A stretch of DNA of 64,000 bases, from contig CAAGNU010000113.1 in NCBI GenBank assembly GCA_900771365.1, forward strand, positions 1,847 through 65,846, in the 5' to 3' direction. Shown in pieces: positions 1 through 8,852 of the stretch. Every line of letters starts with the position of its first letter. Position 1 is the first letter of the stretch. Source of the stretch: Bacteroidales bacterium (GTDB lineage Bacteria > Bacteroidota > Bacteroidia > Bacteroidales > P3). The position numbers were made by a program, and so were the translations under genes. The notes below the pieces were generated by a model. It saw nothing but the letters and a program-made list of their open reading frames with translations, did not search any database and was not told the origin of the DNA.

Positions 1-2150
1 TGAAGAGTTTTGCCCAAGCCCATATCGTCGGCTATGATGCTACCGAAGCCCAGCTTCATGTTGCGGTACATCCACGAGTAGCCCCGCACCTGATAGGGAC
101 GGAGCTGTGCCTGCAAATCGTGCGGCAGGGGCACCTGAATATCGGTCGAATACTGGCGAATCTTCTCACGCAGTTCCTCGGACAGCTCGACAGGAACGCC
201 CATATAGTCGCCACAAAAGGCCGCTTGCAGAAGGTCGGACGCCTTCAGTCGCGGCGGGGTGTCTAAGGCATGGCGAAGCTTTTGAAGAGAGGCCTCGTCG
301 AGGTAGATATAGCGTTCCTTGAAACGCAGCAGTCCCGAAGCCCTGCCCAACATCTTTTCGAACTCCTCGGGGGTGAGGAACGTATCGCCCACAGCCACAC
401 GCCAGTCGAAGTCCAGCATCTGGTTCAACGAGAGGTGCGCCACTCCGTCCTGCGATTTCGTGCGCAGGGAGACGGTCACATTGGGACGGATGAGCGACTG
501 CAACGAACGGGGCATCACAATATTGACGCCCAAGAGACGCACGGCAGGCACCACATTCATCAGGAAGGGGACGAAGGTGTGCCGATTATACAGGATGCTC
601 TGGGTGCCCTTGCTGTTGATATATTCGGACAGGCCGTCGATAATATCGCACAGGACAGCGAGCTGCTGAAGCACCGCGAAGGCGTCCTCGGCAGCATCCT
701 CGGAGCTCATGATTTCGGACAGGGGACGGTTATCGACCCACACATCCACAGCGAATTGCGGTGTGTTGGCGGGACTCTTTAATTGAGAACTGCGTGGAAT
801 CCGTCCTTTTTGTCTTCCCTTCTTCGCATCTTCTAATCCTTCTTCGAGTTCGCATTCCGCAATCTTGAAGGTCAGGGCATATTTGTTCTGGATATAATAT
901 CGGTCGAGCCATGAGCGGATGCCTCCGGGGACGTTTGTCTCGCCAATCTCGTCAAAAGCATACGACAACGAAGAGAAGAAGAGATTCTCGTACAAGGTGC
1001 CGCTCTTCAGGCGGTAGAGCAGCGCTATCAGCCTGGTGATGAACCTATTCAACAGCTGCACAGGCTGGCCGAGACGGGAGACCACGGCGGCTGTGGCTTC
1101 GTCAAGCATGGCAGGCTGCCAGACGATGCGATACAGGAGGTGCGTCGTCACCTTCTTGCGGACGACATTCTGTTCCTCCTTGGAATAAATCTGCGGAACG
1201 ATGCAGCCGCGGGCCACAAGCTGCAAGGCACACAGCAACATGCTGCGCCAAGCCAAGGTGAGAGAATTGCCGTTGCGCACCTCGTTCGGCTCTATGTCTA
1301 ACAAGCTCTGAAGGGAATCCCCATCCAAGGCAGGGCCGCACGGGTCGTCCTCCTCCCCATCAGAGGTTGTGGGGACTTCGTCCAGCCGTAGCTTACCATC
1401 CAGGACGTTCTTGGCACGCTTGACGATAGTGTTCAAGTCCTTCTTGTACGTCTCCTTGAAATCGCCCTGAAGGCAGAAGGCGGGAGAGGCTGGCAAAAGG
1501 TCGGAGAGAGCGGACGAGAGCTCGGGCAAAGAGGAATAGTCCGGCATGGCTCCACCCTGGACATTCACCTTGAGCTGGCTGTTGCCGAACACAGACTCGA
1601 TAGGTTCTACCTCCATCATCTGCTGCGAAACGGCGGCAATACCGCGACGCTCTAACTCTTGCAGCAAATCGACCCCATGAAGCGAAAAGACCAAGAAGGG
1701 ATTGTTGTCTATCTCTTTGCTCAGCTGGTATATCACAGCAGCAAGATGCTTGCAAGGGACAGCCCAGTCGGGACATGAGCAATTCATATCCCAGTCGCTC
1801 CAACGCTTGGGGAACAGTTGCAGCCCGGCCTTCTCGGCCATATCTACCAAAGAACGGTCCAACTGGCGATTGAGCAGCTTGCTGAGCACTACGGGCTGGC
1901 GCACTATGAGGCTAACCAGCTTGTCGACATCTTTTTCGGAAAATTTGGGGAGCACTATCCGCTCCGAGTATGGAGTGCGGCGAGAGCCCTGCACCTTGGC
2001 CTTGATTTCATTCCCCTTATAGGAGATGGACAGGACAGCACCTTGGCGGGCGTAGGTGGCACCTCGGGGAAGGCGATTGCTGTAATCAATATCATTCAGA
2101 GACTGGAGCCACTGTTCGCCCCACCATGTTTTGCCGAAAGTTGATGCCAT
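1..2150 (-). CDS. SWIM zinc-finger / SNF2-family helicase (N-terminal part; gene runs off the left edge of the window)
   Basis: Manual reverse-strand translation from the ATG at 2150-2148 gives an uninterrupted frame. It contains a canonical SWIM finger (CSCPDWAVPCKHLAAVIYQL) and, near position 1, SNF2 motif I (LRPYQVRGYSWM...IIADDMGLGKTL). It is absent from the ORF track only because no stop codon lies inside the window. Confidence 0.7.
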   Translation of the reverse strand, partial: MASTFGKTWWGEQWLQSLNDIDYSNRLPRGATYARQGAVLSISYKGNEIKAKVQGSRRTPYSERIVLPKFSEKDVDKLVSLIVRQPVVLSKLLNRQLDRSLVDMAEKAGLQLFPKRWSDWDMNCSCPDWAVPCKHLAAVIYQLSKEIDNNPFLVFSLHGVDLLQELERRGIAAVSQQMMEVEPIESVFGNSQLKVNVQGGAMPDYSSLPELSSALSDLLPASPAFCLQGDFKETYKKDLNTIVKRAKNVLDGKLRLDEVPTTSDGEEDDPCGPALDGDSLQSLLDIEPNEVRNGNSLTLAWRSMLLCALQLVARGCIVPQIYSKEEQNVVRKKVTTHLLYRIVWQPAMLDEATAAVVSRLGQPVQLLNRFITRLIALLYRLKSGTLYENLFFSSLSYAFDEIGETNVPGGIRSWLDRYYIQNKYALTFKIAECELEEGLEDAKKGRQKGRIPRSSQLKSPANTPQFAVDVWVDNRPLSEIMSSEDAAEDAFAVLQQLAVLCDIIDGLSEYINSKGTQSILYNRHTFVPFLMNVVPAVRLLGVNIVMPRSLQSLIRPNVTVSLRTKSQDGVAHLSLNQMLDFDWRVAVGDTFLTPEEFEKMLGRASGLLRFKERYIYLDEASLQKLRHALDTPPRLKASDLLQAAFCGDYMGVPVELSEELREKIRQYSTDIQVPLPHDLQAQLRPYQVRGYSWMYRNMKLGFGSIIADDMGLGKTL

Positions 2151-2268
2151 TAGTTTCTAACAGATTGGAAGATTGGTATGTTTAAAAATATCGATGCAAG
2201 CTTACGGATTTGGGAATCTGAAAGCTTGCACCCTGAATTACTTTTTGATTTATAGAAGTTCTATGAGA

Positions 2269-2952
2269 TTACATGCACTGCCACTTGCGGATGAGGTAGC
2301 TGGTGAGGACGGAGGAGACGAGGAGCTTGGTGTTGGTGTCCAAGGAGGGTTCAACCCAAACCTTGCCGTCGTCCTTGGTGTCGACTTTGCCAATCACCTT
2401 GTCTCCCTGGCGGACCTCATAGTAGCTGTGGTGGCGGTAGAGCATGACATCCTGGGGGAGGGAATAGTTGTTGCCATAGATGGAAAAGGCTATCTGGCCG
2501 TCGGGGCCAACAATAGCGCCACAGGTGAACTCTCGCTCACGACGTGAGACATCGCTGGCAAAGGTCCATTCGGTCTGGTCGGGAAGGGTGATCTTGGCCA
2601 CGAAGGAGACATCGTTGCCAAGGTGCATGTTGAAGACGTTGTTCAGCTCGTTCATGCCCTCGGGAAGGCCGTTTTCGGTGAGCACAACCTTAGCCTCAGC
2701 ATCGCCACATATCTGATTGAATTTGTAGCGATACTGGTTTTTGAAATCGACCAGCACGCCCAGCACCGTTGTGTTGGACTTGGTGCTTTTCACCTTGATA
2801 CGGGAGGTTTGGAACTCGCCGTAGGCAATCTTGTGTTTGAAACCCATGTTTTTTGCACCTGTTACAGAGTACCAATTAGCAGTCTCTTGTGCGGAGAGGA
2901 ACTGCATAGCAGCAAATAGGAGTGCTGCAAAAAGGATTAATTTTCTCTTCAT
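2269..2952 (-). CDS. hypothetical secreted protein (N-terminal signal peptide)
   Basis: 227-aa ORF. The N-terminus MKRKLILFAALLFAAMQFLSAQ is a typical signal peptide. No recognisable catalytic motif. Confidence 0.55.
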   Translation of the reverse strand: MKRKLILFAALLFAAMQFLSAQETANWYSVTGAKNMGFKHKIAYGEFQTSRIKVKSTKSNTTVLGVLVDFKNQYRYKFNQICGDAEAKVVLTENGLPEGMNELNNVFNMHLGNDVSFVAKITLPDQTEWTFASDVSRREREFTCGAIVGPDGQIAFSIYGNNYSLPQDVMLYRHHSYYEVRQGDKVIGKVDTKDDGKVWVEPSLDTNTKLLVSSVLTSYLIRKWQCM

Positions 2953-3357
2953 TTTTATCTTAATCTAATTAATAATTTACAACATAAAACATGATAATTG
3001 AACAACTCGGAACAACTTTTACATAGCAGAGAAGCTACATATATCATTGATATTAAAGCATATATTCAAATTACCATGAACATTTATTAGATGCAAAGAT
3101 ACGAATATATTTTGAATAAAATATGCGTATCTAACTAATTAACTATATTTTATGATATTTTGACATCTATAAACGAGAAGACTGAGAACAAAAAAGGTCG
3201 ATTTTTGCAAAAAACGGCTTAATTGGGGACCATTTTTCAGTCCTTTCTCGCGTCTATGATAAAAAAAGTTTGATTTTTTCATAATTAATATACAGCATAT
3301 TACATAAAAAATAATAGAAAAATGTAAAATAAATTTTGCCATATCGAAAAAAAGTCG

Positions 3358-3365
3358 TACTTTTG
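3358..3365 (+). promoter_or_regulatory. Bacteroidota sigma-A -7 box (TACTTTTG) upstream of tRNA-Glu
   Basis: Matches the TAnnTTTG consensus about 38 nt upstream of the tRNA 5' end. An A-rich tract precedes it. Confidence 0.4.
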
Positions 3366-3402
3366 CACCCGATTTCGAGAGAGAAATCACCACAAACAAA
3401 AT

Positions 3403-3476
3403 GCCGCATTCGTCTAGTGGTCCAGGACAACTGCCTCTCACGCAGTAGATCATCAGTTCGACTCTGATATGCGGTA
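3403..3476 (+). tRNA. tRNA-Glu (anticodon CTC)
   Basis: Cloverleaf folded by eye. The acceptor stem GCCGCAT/ATGCGGT has a G1-U72 wobble. The anticodon stem ACTGC/GCAGT carries loop CTCTCAC, giving anticodon CUC. The T-arm ATCAG-TTCGACT-CTGAT and the discriminator A are present. The sequence reads GCCGCATTCGTCTAGTGGTCCAGGAC... Confidence 0.8.
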
Positions 3477-3480
3477 CAAA

Positions 3481-3510
3481 AGACAACCTAAATGGTTGTC
3501 TTTCTTTATC
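3481..3510 (+). terminator. rho-independent terminator after tRNA-Glu
   Basis: Hairpin AGACAACC-TAAAT-GGTTGTCT followed by TTCTTTATC. Confidence 0.55.
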
Positions 3511-3984
3511 TACAGCAATCCACTCCAAAACGATCACCCTTACTGTTTTTGCGGCGTTACCTTGCCTGCGATTCGCCACGAGCCCAGCTCATGGGAGGAA
3601 CGCCACATCCGCAGCAGGCCAGCCACCACGAAGGCGAAAATGGGATGGACGCCAAGCACGCCCACAGAATCCAGTTCTACACATTACACGGCATTATACA
3701 ATACACAAAGAACCAAAGCACAACATATATTATCTTATAGGTTACCCATCATTATACCATAACACTTTGATGGGATTGTATAATGTATGGCCCTTTTTTC
3801 GGATCACTCTTGGTCTCGAAAATAAATTCTCGGACTCCTCATTCAAAAAAATCCTGCTCGCCTGCGAGATTCAAAAAAAGTAATTCCAAAATTCTAAATA
3901 TTCTTGATTTTGAGTTAAAAAAAACACCATTATACATTTGTACATGGAACACACAGACGCTTCCTATTTGCAGACATACACAAC

Positions 3985-4030
3985 AAAGAAGCGGATTTCC
4001 CACGTTTATCAGCACGTGAGAAATCCGCCT
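3985..4030 (-). terminator. putative terminator downstream of the OMP gene (minus strand)
   Basis: Inverted repeat GCGGATTT...AAATCCGC with a nested CACGT/ACGTG. On the minus strand it is followed by a T-rich stretch. Confidence 0.4.
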
Positions 4031-4075
4031 GGGCAAGGCTTTATGCTTCGCTATCGAAGGCCTATAGGACGTTCT

Positions 4076-4792
4076 TTAACGAACAGGGAACTGGTAGCCT
4101 ACGGTGAGAAGCAAAGCACAGTTGTTGCCAAGGGTGACAACATTATTAGCGACACCACTCTCGGAATTGTTGTTCAGGGCATCGGGGACATCCAGCACAG
4201 AGAGGAAGCCATAGTCGAGCTGCAGCATAACGGAGAGGTCTTTGTACTCATAGCCGAGACCGAGAAGCCAGTTGACATCAAGCGGCTTGAGCGTGTTGAA
4301 CACGGGCTCAATCTTGTGATAGTTCCAAGTCTCTTGAGGAAGGCTGGGCGTGACCTTGCGGTCGTCCATCGTGCCGAAGAGACCGTAGCTGACTGCAGGG
4401 CCGAGGGAGAGGAGCACATGATGGCCGGGCTGGCGGATGGGCAGCTCATAGCGGAACATGGCCAGAAGGGGGAGCTGGACATACCAAGCATCGTAATAGC
4501 CGTCACGAATAGAACGGGTGGCTTCGAGAACCTCCACGAACTTGGTGCCACGACGGATGAGGTTGAGACCCGTCTGGAGATAGACATTCTCGGCCAAAAG
4601 GGACTCCGAGCCGCCGAAGCCGAAGGTGGCGAAACCGCCGATATTGGCAGCCATGATGGGGGATGTCTGCGCCAAAACATCTACATGAGTAGCAATACCT
4701 GCACCTACACGAACACCGAAGTTTACAAACTGAGCCCGCGAGGTGACGGACATGGTGACAAGCACCGTCAGGACTATTAGAATCTTTTTCAT
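4076..4792 (-). CDS. outer membrane beta-barrel protein (porin-like, OMP_b-brl family)
   Basis: 238 aa. It has a signal peptide (MKKILIVLTVLVTMSVTSRAQ), alternating amphipathic beta strands rich in G/Y/F, and a C-terminal aromatic residue (…GYQFPVR). Confidence 0.6.
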   Translation of the reverse strand: MKKILIVLTVLVTMSVTSRAQFVNFGVRVGAGIATHVDVLAQTSPIMAANIGGFATFGFGGSESLLAENVYLQTGLNLIRRGTKFVEVLEATRSIRDGYYDAWYVQLPLLAMFRYELPIRQPGHHVLLSLGPAVSYGLFGTMDDRKVTPSLPQETWNYHKIEPVFNTLKPLDVNWLLGLGYEYKDLSVMLQLDYGFLSVLDVPDALNNNSESGVANNVVTLGNNCALLLTVGYQFPVR

Positions 4793-4858
4793 ATTAGTGT
4801 GTAATAAAAACGTGCAAAAATACGATTTTTTTTTGAATTATCGTGTTTTTTTTATCAT

Positions 4859-7033
4859 TTATAATTTGCGGTAGATGAAATCGGTCATCAACTGATAGAG
4901 GTTGAGACGAGTGTTGCCGCCGTAAATGCTATGATTCTTATTAGGATAGATGCGGAACTCAAACTGTTTGCCTGCTGCTTCAAGAGCGCTGACCATGTCT
5001 GCCGAATTTTGAAAATGGACGTTATCATCGCCCGTTCCATGAACGAGAAGATAGTTGCCCGAGAGCAGATTTGCAAAATTGAGGGGCGAATTGTCGTCAT
5101 ATCCGCGGGCATTATCCTGAGGACGCTGAAGGAAGCGCTCGGTGTAGATGTTGTCGTAGTAACGCCATGTGATGACAGGCGCAACAGCGATTGCGGACTT
5201 GAACACATCGTGGCCCTTGAGGATGGAGAGGGTGGAGAGATAGCCGCCAAAGCTCCAGCCAAAGATGCCGATACGAGTTTCGTCAATCCAACTCTTCTTG
5301 CCAAACCAGCGAGCGGCCTCGCAAGCATCCTCGCATTCCATGTGGCCGAGGTTCTTGTAGGTCATCTTCTTGAAATGAGCGCCACGACCGCCTGTTCCAC
5401 GTCCGTCAAAGCAAGCCACGACGTAGCCGTGCTGGGCGAGCATGTGGAACCAATAATAGTCGCTATAGCCATAGCTGTTGGTAACCTGCTGGTTGCCGGG
5501 ACCGCCATAAACGTAGAAGAATAAGGGGTATTTCTTGGTGCTGTCGAAGTCGGGAGGCAGGATGACGTAGTAGTTCAGTTCTGTGCCGAGAGAGGTGGTG
5601 AGGGTGCCAAAAGTCTTATGTCCTGCGCCATACTCTTTCATACGCTGCTGCAAGTCAGCATTGTCCTGAAGGGTCTTCAGGAGTTTGCCGTTACTCGTAT
5701 GAAGCGTGTAGATGGGTGCTGTGTTAGCATCGGTAAAGGTGCTGATATAGTAATGGCAGTTTGCGCTGAAATCGGCATCGTACCAGCCAGGCTTGGTGCT
5801 CAGCTTGGTCTTCTTCTTTCCCTTGAAATCAATAGAATAGAGTTCTTTGTTGATTGGTGAGGACTCGTGAGAGAGGTAATAGATAATGCCTGCCTTCTCA
5901 TCAATAGCGCAGACGGAGACGACATCGTAGTCGCCCTTGGTAATCTGGTTGACGAGCTTGCCGTCCATATCATACATGTAGACATGGTTGTAGCCGTCAC
6001 GCTCGCTGGTGAGGATCATGTGCTTGCCATCCTTGAGGAACACCCATGTCTCGGGAACCTCGACGTAAGCCTCGTCCTCTTCAGTATAAAGATTGCGGAT
6101 AGCGCCTGTGTTGGCATCAGCCAAAAGGAGTTCCATCTTATCCTGAAGGCGGTTCATGCGCATCAACGCCAGCGTGTTGGGGGTGTTTGTCCACTGAATG
6201 CGAGGCATGTACTGGTCGTTCTGACTGCCCACATCGAGCTTGATGGTGTTCTGAGAATCCACATCATAAATCAGCACATCGACCACAGAATTGTCCTCGC
6301 CGGCCTTGGGATATTTATACGTGTAGTTTTCGGGATACAGCTCGCCCCACATCTGCATGGTGTACTCTTTCACCTGGCTTTCATCAAAGCGATAGAAGGC
6401 GATTTTTTTGCTATCGGGAGACCAATAGAAACCCTGCGTGATGGCGAACTCCTCTTCATAGACCCAGTCCGTAGTGCCGTTGATGATTTCATTCATCTTG
6501 CCATCCGTGGTAACCTGAGTCTCTTTGAGGGTGCTGAGCGACATCGTGTAAAGGTTGTTGTCTCTCACGAAAGCAACCATCTTACCGTTGGGCGACAACG
6601 TGGTGAGACGCTGCTTGCCATCCATCGTGAGGCAGACCATGCTGCCGTCCTCAACATCATAAAGGTAGTAGGAACTTACACCACTATGGCGATAAATGGG
6701 CTCAAATTCTGCGCTGAGGAGAATCTTTTGCTCGTCCTGAGAGAAGGCATAGCTTTCAATAGGAGGCATCGGGCGGGCCTTCTTGCGCATAGGGTCGTTG
6801 AAAGCACACACCACACCTACCCTCTCACCTGTCTTGTAGCTGTATTTTTCAATCCCAGAACGTGTAAGCACACAATAATGCTCACCGTCTTTCATGGAGT
6901 GGATTTCGGCGATGCGATTGGGGCGGAAAGTACTTTTGGCCCAAATATCCTCCAGGGTTATCTGTTTCGTTTGGGCATTAGCCAAGCACGACATAGCCAA
7001 AAGCGCCATCATAGCAAGTATAATTTTCTTCAT
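4859..7033 (-). CDS. S9B-family serine peptidase (dipeptidyl-peptidase IV / prolyl tripeptidyl peptidase-like)
   Basis: 724 aa. It has a signal peptide and an N-terminal DPP-IV beta-propeller-like region. The C-terminal alpha/beta hydrolase carries a GWSFGG nucleophile elbow. The size matches DPP4/PtpA (about 720-730 aa). Confidence 0.85.
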   Translation of the reverse strand: MKKIILAMMALLAMSCLANAQTKQITLEDIWAKSTFRPNRIAEIHSMKDGEHYCVLTRSGIEKYSYKTGERVGVVCAFNDPMRKKARPMPPIESYAFSQDEQKILLSAEFEPIYRHSGVSSYYLYDVEDGSMVCLTMDGKQRLTTLSPNGKMVAFVRDNNLYTMSLSTLKETQVTTDGKMNEIINGTTDWVYEEEFAITQGFYWSPDSKKIAFYRFDESQVKEYTMQMWGELYPENYTYKYPKAGEDNSVVDVLIYDVDSQNTIKLDVGSQNDQYMPRIQWTNTPNTLALMRMNRLQDKMELLLADANTGAIRNLYTEEDEAYVEVPETWVFLKDGKHMILTSERDGYNHVYMYDMDGKLVNQITKGDYDVVSVCAIDEKAGIIYYLSHESSPINKELYSIDFKGKKKTKLSTKPGWYDADFSANCHYYISTFTDANTAPIYTLHTSNGKLLKTLQDNADLQQRMKEYGAGHKTFGTLTTSLGTELNYYVILPPDFDSTKKYPLFFYVYGGPGNQQVTNSYGYSDYYWFHMLAQHGYVVACFDGRGTGGRGAHFKKMTYKNLGHMECEDACEAARWFGKKSWIDETRIGIFGWSFGGYLSTLSILKGHDVFKSAIAVAPVITWRYYDNIYTERFLQRPQDNARGYDDNSPLNFANLLSGNYLLVHGTGDDNVHFQNSADMVSALEAAGKQFEFRIYPNKNHSIYGGNTRLNLYQLMTDFIYRKL

Positions 7034-7160
7034 AATATTATATTTAAGTTTGCCAACTGTATCGAAAACTCATAAAACTGAAAGAAATCTCCAGAGCGGG
7101 ACATCATCCTTATTCTGGCTATTTCTTTCAGTTTTCATCCTTTAGAATCAGCCTAACGGA

Positions 7161-8828
7161 TTATAATTTGGGACCGGCTGCGACAAGAGCCTTGCCAGCC
7201 TCGTTGTAAGTGAATTTCTCAAAGTTTTTGATGAAACGTGCAGAGAGGTCCTTAGCCTTGGACTCCCACTCACAAGGACAGCCGTAGGTGTCGCGAGGAT
7301 CGAGAATCTTGGGATCCACACCGGGGAGAGCCGTGGGCACCTCGAAGTCGAAATACGGAATCTTCTTGGTGGGAGCCGTCTCAATGGAGCCGTCAAGTAT
7401 GGCATCGATAATTCCGCGGGTATCCTTGATGGAAATACGCTTGCCCGTACCGTTCCAACCCGTATTGACCAGATAGGCCTTGGCGCCACTCATCTCCATA
7501 CGTTTCACGAGCTCCTCGGCATACTTGGTGGGATGCAGTTCGAGGAAAGCCTGACCGAAGCAAGCGCTGAAGGTCGGCGTAGGCTCGGTGATACCGCGCT
7601 CTGTGCCTGCCAACTTAGCGGTAAATCCGCTGAGGAAGTAGTACTTGCACTGATCGGGGGTGAGGATGCTCACGGGAGGCAGCACGCCAAAAGCATCTGC
7701 ACTGAGGAAGATGACATTCTTAGCCGAAGGTGCAGCGGAGACAGGACGGACTATCTTCTCAATATGGTCGATAGGATAGCTCACGCGGGTGTTCTCGGTA
7801 ACGCTCTTATCGGCGAAATCAATCTTGCCGTTTGCGTCCACGGTGACGTTCTCAAGCAGCGCATTGCGACGGATGGCGTTGTAGATGTCGGGCTCGCTAT
7901 CCTTGTCAAGATTGATGACCTTAGCATAGCAGCCGCCTTCGAAGTTGAAAATGCCTTCGTCGTCCCAGCCATGCTCATCATCACCGATGAGGAGACGCTT
8001 GGGGTCGGTGCTGAGGGTGGTCTTGCCCGTGCCGCTCAAGCCGAAGAAGATAGCCGTGTTCTGACCCTGCATATCGGTGTTGGCGGAGCAGTGCATAGCA
8101 GCAATTCCCTTGAGGGGGAGATAGTAGTTCATCATGCTGAACATGCCCTTCTTCATCTCGCCGCCGTACCAGGTGTTGAGGATGACCTGCTCGTGGCTGG
8201 TGATGTTGAAGACAACAGCAGTATCGCTGTTGAGACCCAGTTCCTGATAGTTCTCAACCTTGGCCTTGCTGGCAGCATATACGGTAAAGGTGGGGGTGAA
8301 ATCCTTCAGTTCCTCCTCGGTGGGCTTGATAAACATATTGCGGACGAAATGTGCCTGCCAAGCGACCTCCATGATAAAGCGGACAGCCATGCGGGTGTCT
8401 TTGTTAGCGCCACAGAATGCGTCAACCACAAAGAGTTCCTTGTTGCAGAGCTCCTTGGTGGCAATTTCCTTCACAGCCTTCCATGTAGCCTCGCTGGCGG
8501 GATGGTTGTCGTTCTTGTACTCGGGAGTAGTCCACCACACAGTGTTCTTAGAGTTCTCATCCATAACGATGAACTTATCTTTAGGAGAACGACCTGTGTA
8601 GATACCCGTCATTACATTGATAGCATCGAGCTCAGTGAGCTGGCCTTTGTCGTAACCCGTCAGAGAAGGATCCATCTCCATCTTGAAGAGCTCTTCGTAT
8701 GACGGGTTATAGTGAACTGTCTTTACTCCGGTGATACCGTAGTTTTCTAATGCTTTTATAATATCATTGTTCATAAATACATTATTTTGTGACAGATGCC
8801 GCAGATACTGTATTGCTACAGTATCCAC
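7161..8828 (-). CDS. pckA: phosphoenolpyruvate carboxykinase (ATP)
   Basis: 555 aa. Carries the kinase-1a loop [11 protein letters not shown] and conserved ATP-PEPCK blocks ([17 protein letters not shown]; [10 protein letters not shown]). Confidence 0.95.
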   Translation of the reverse strand: MDTVAIQYLRHLSQNNVFMNNDIIKALENYGITGVKTVHYNPSYEELFKMEMDPSLTGYDKGQLTELDAINVMTGIYTGRSPKDKFIVMDENSKNTVWWTTPEYKNDNHPASEATWKAVKEIATKELCNKELFVVDAFCGANKDTRMAVRFIMEVAWQAHFVRNMFIKPTEEELKDFTPTFTVYAASKAKVENYQELGLNSDTAVVFNITSHEQVILNTWYGGEMKKGMFSMMNYYLPLKGIAAMHCSANTDMQGQNTAIFFGLSGTGKTTLSTDPKRLLIGDDEHGWDDEGIFNFEGGCYAKVINLDKDSEPDIYNAIRRNALLENVTVDANGKIDFADKSVTENTRVSYPIDHIEKIVRPVSAAPSAKNVIFLSADAFGVLPPVSILTPDQCKYYFLSGFTAKLAGTERGITEPTPTFSACFGQAFLELHPTKYAEELVKRMEMSGAKAYLVNTGWNGTGKRISIKDTRGIIDAILDGSIETAPTKKIPYFDFEVPTALPGVDPKILDPRDTYGCPCEWESKAKDLSARFIKNFEKFTYNEAGKALVAAGPKL

Positions 8829-8852
8829 AGCATCTATTGTGAGTTGTCATTT

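Noticed and set aside
107-2144. Track ORFs 107-322, 270-782, 319-669, 730-912, 1102-1341, 1393-1803, 1702-2022, 1818-2144
   Set aside because: All are alternative-frame or antisense shadows of the continuous minus-strand SWIM/SNF2 gene (1-2150). None has a recognisable motif.
3139-4036. ORFs overlapping the tRNA-Glu and its downstream noncoding region (3139-3579 minus, 3469-3762 plus, 3492-3740 plus, 3783-4019 plus, 3839-4036 minus)
   Set aside because: They overlap a tRNA and a terminator and are low-complexity and AT-rich. No start context.
3938-4780. 280-aa plus-strand ORF and 168-aa minus-strand ORF inside the OMP gene
   Set aside because: They are antisense or out-of-frame to a good signal-peptide beta-barrel ORF. 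Their composition is Ser/Ala/Arg-rich and typical of GC-rich shadow frames.
5867-7075. 402-aa plus-strand ORF antisense to the S9 peptidase gene, and the similar 4931-5524 ORF
   Set aside because: Shadow ORFs. The peptidase frame carries the GWSFGG catalytic motif, and the antisense product has no motif.
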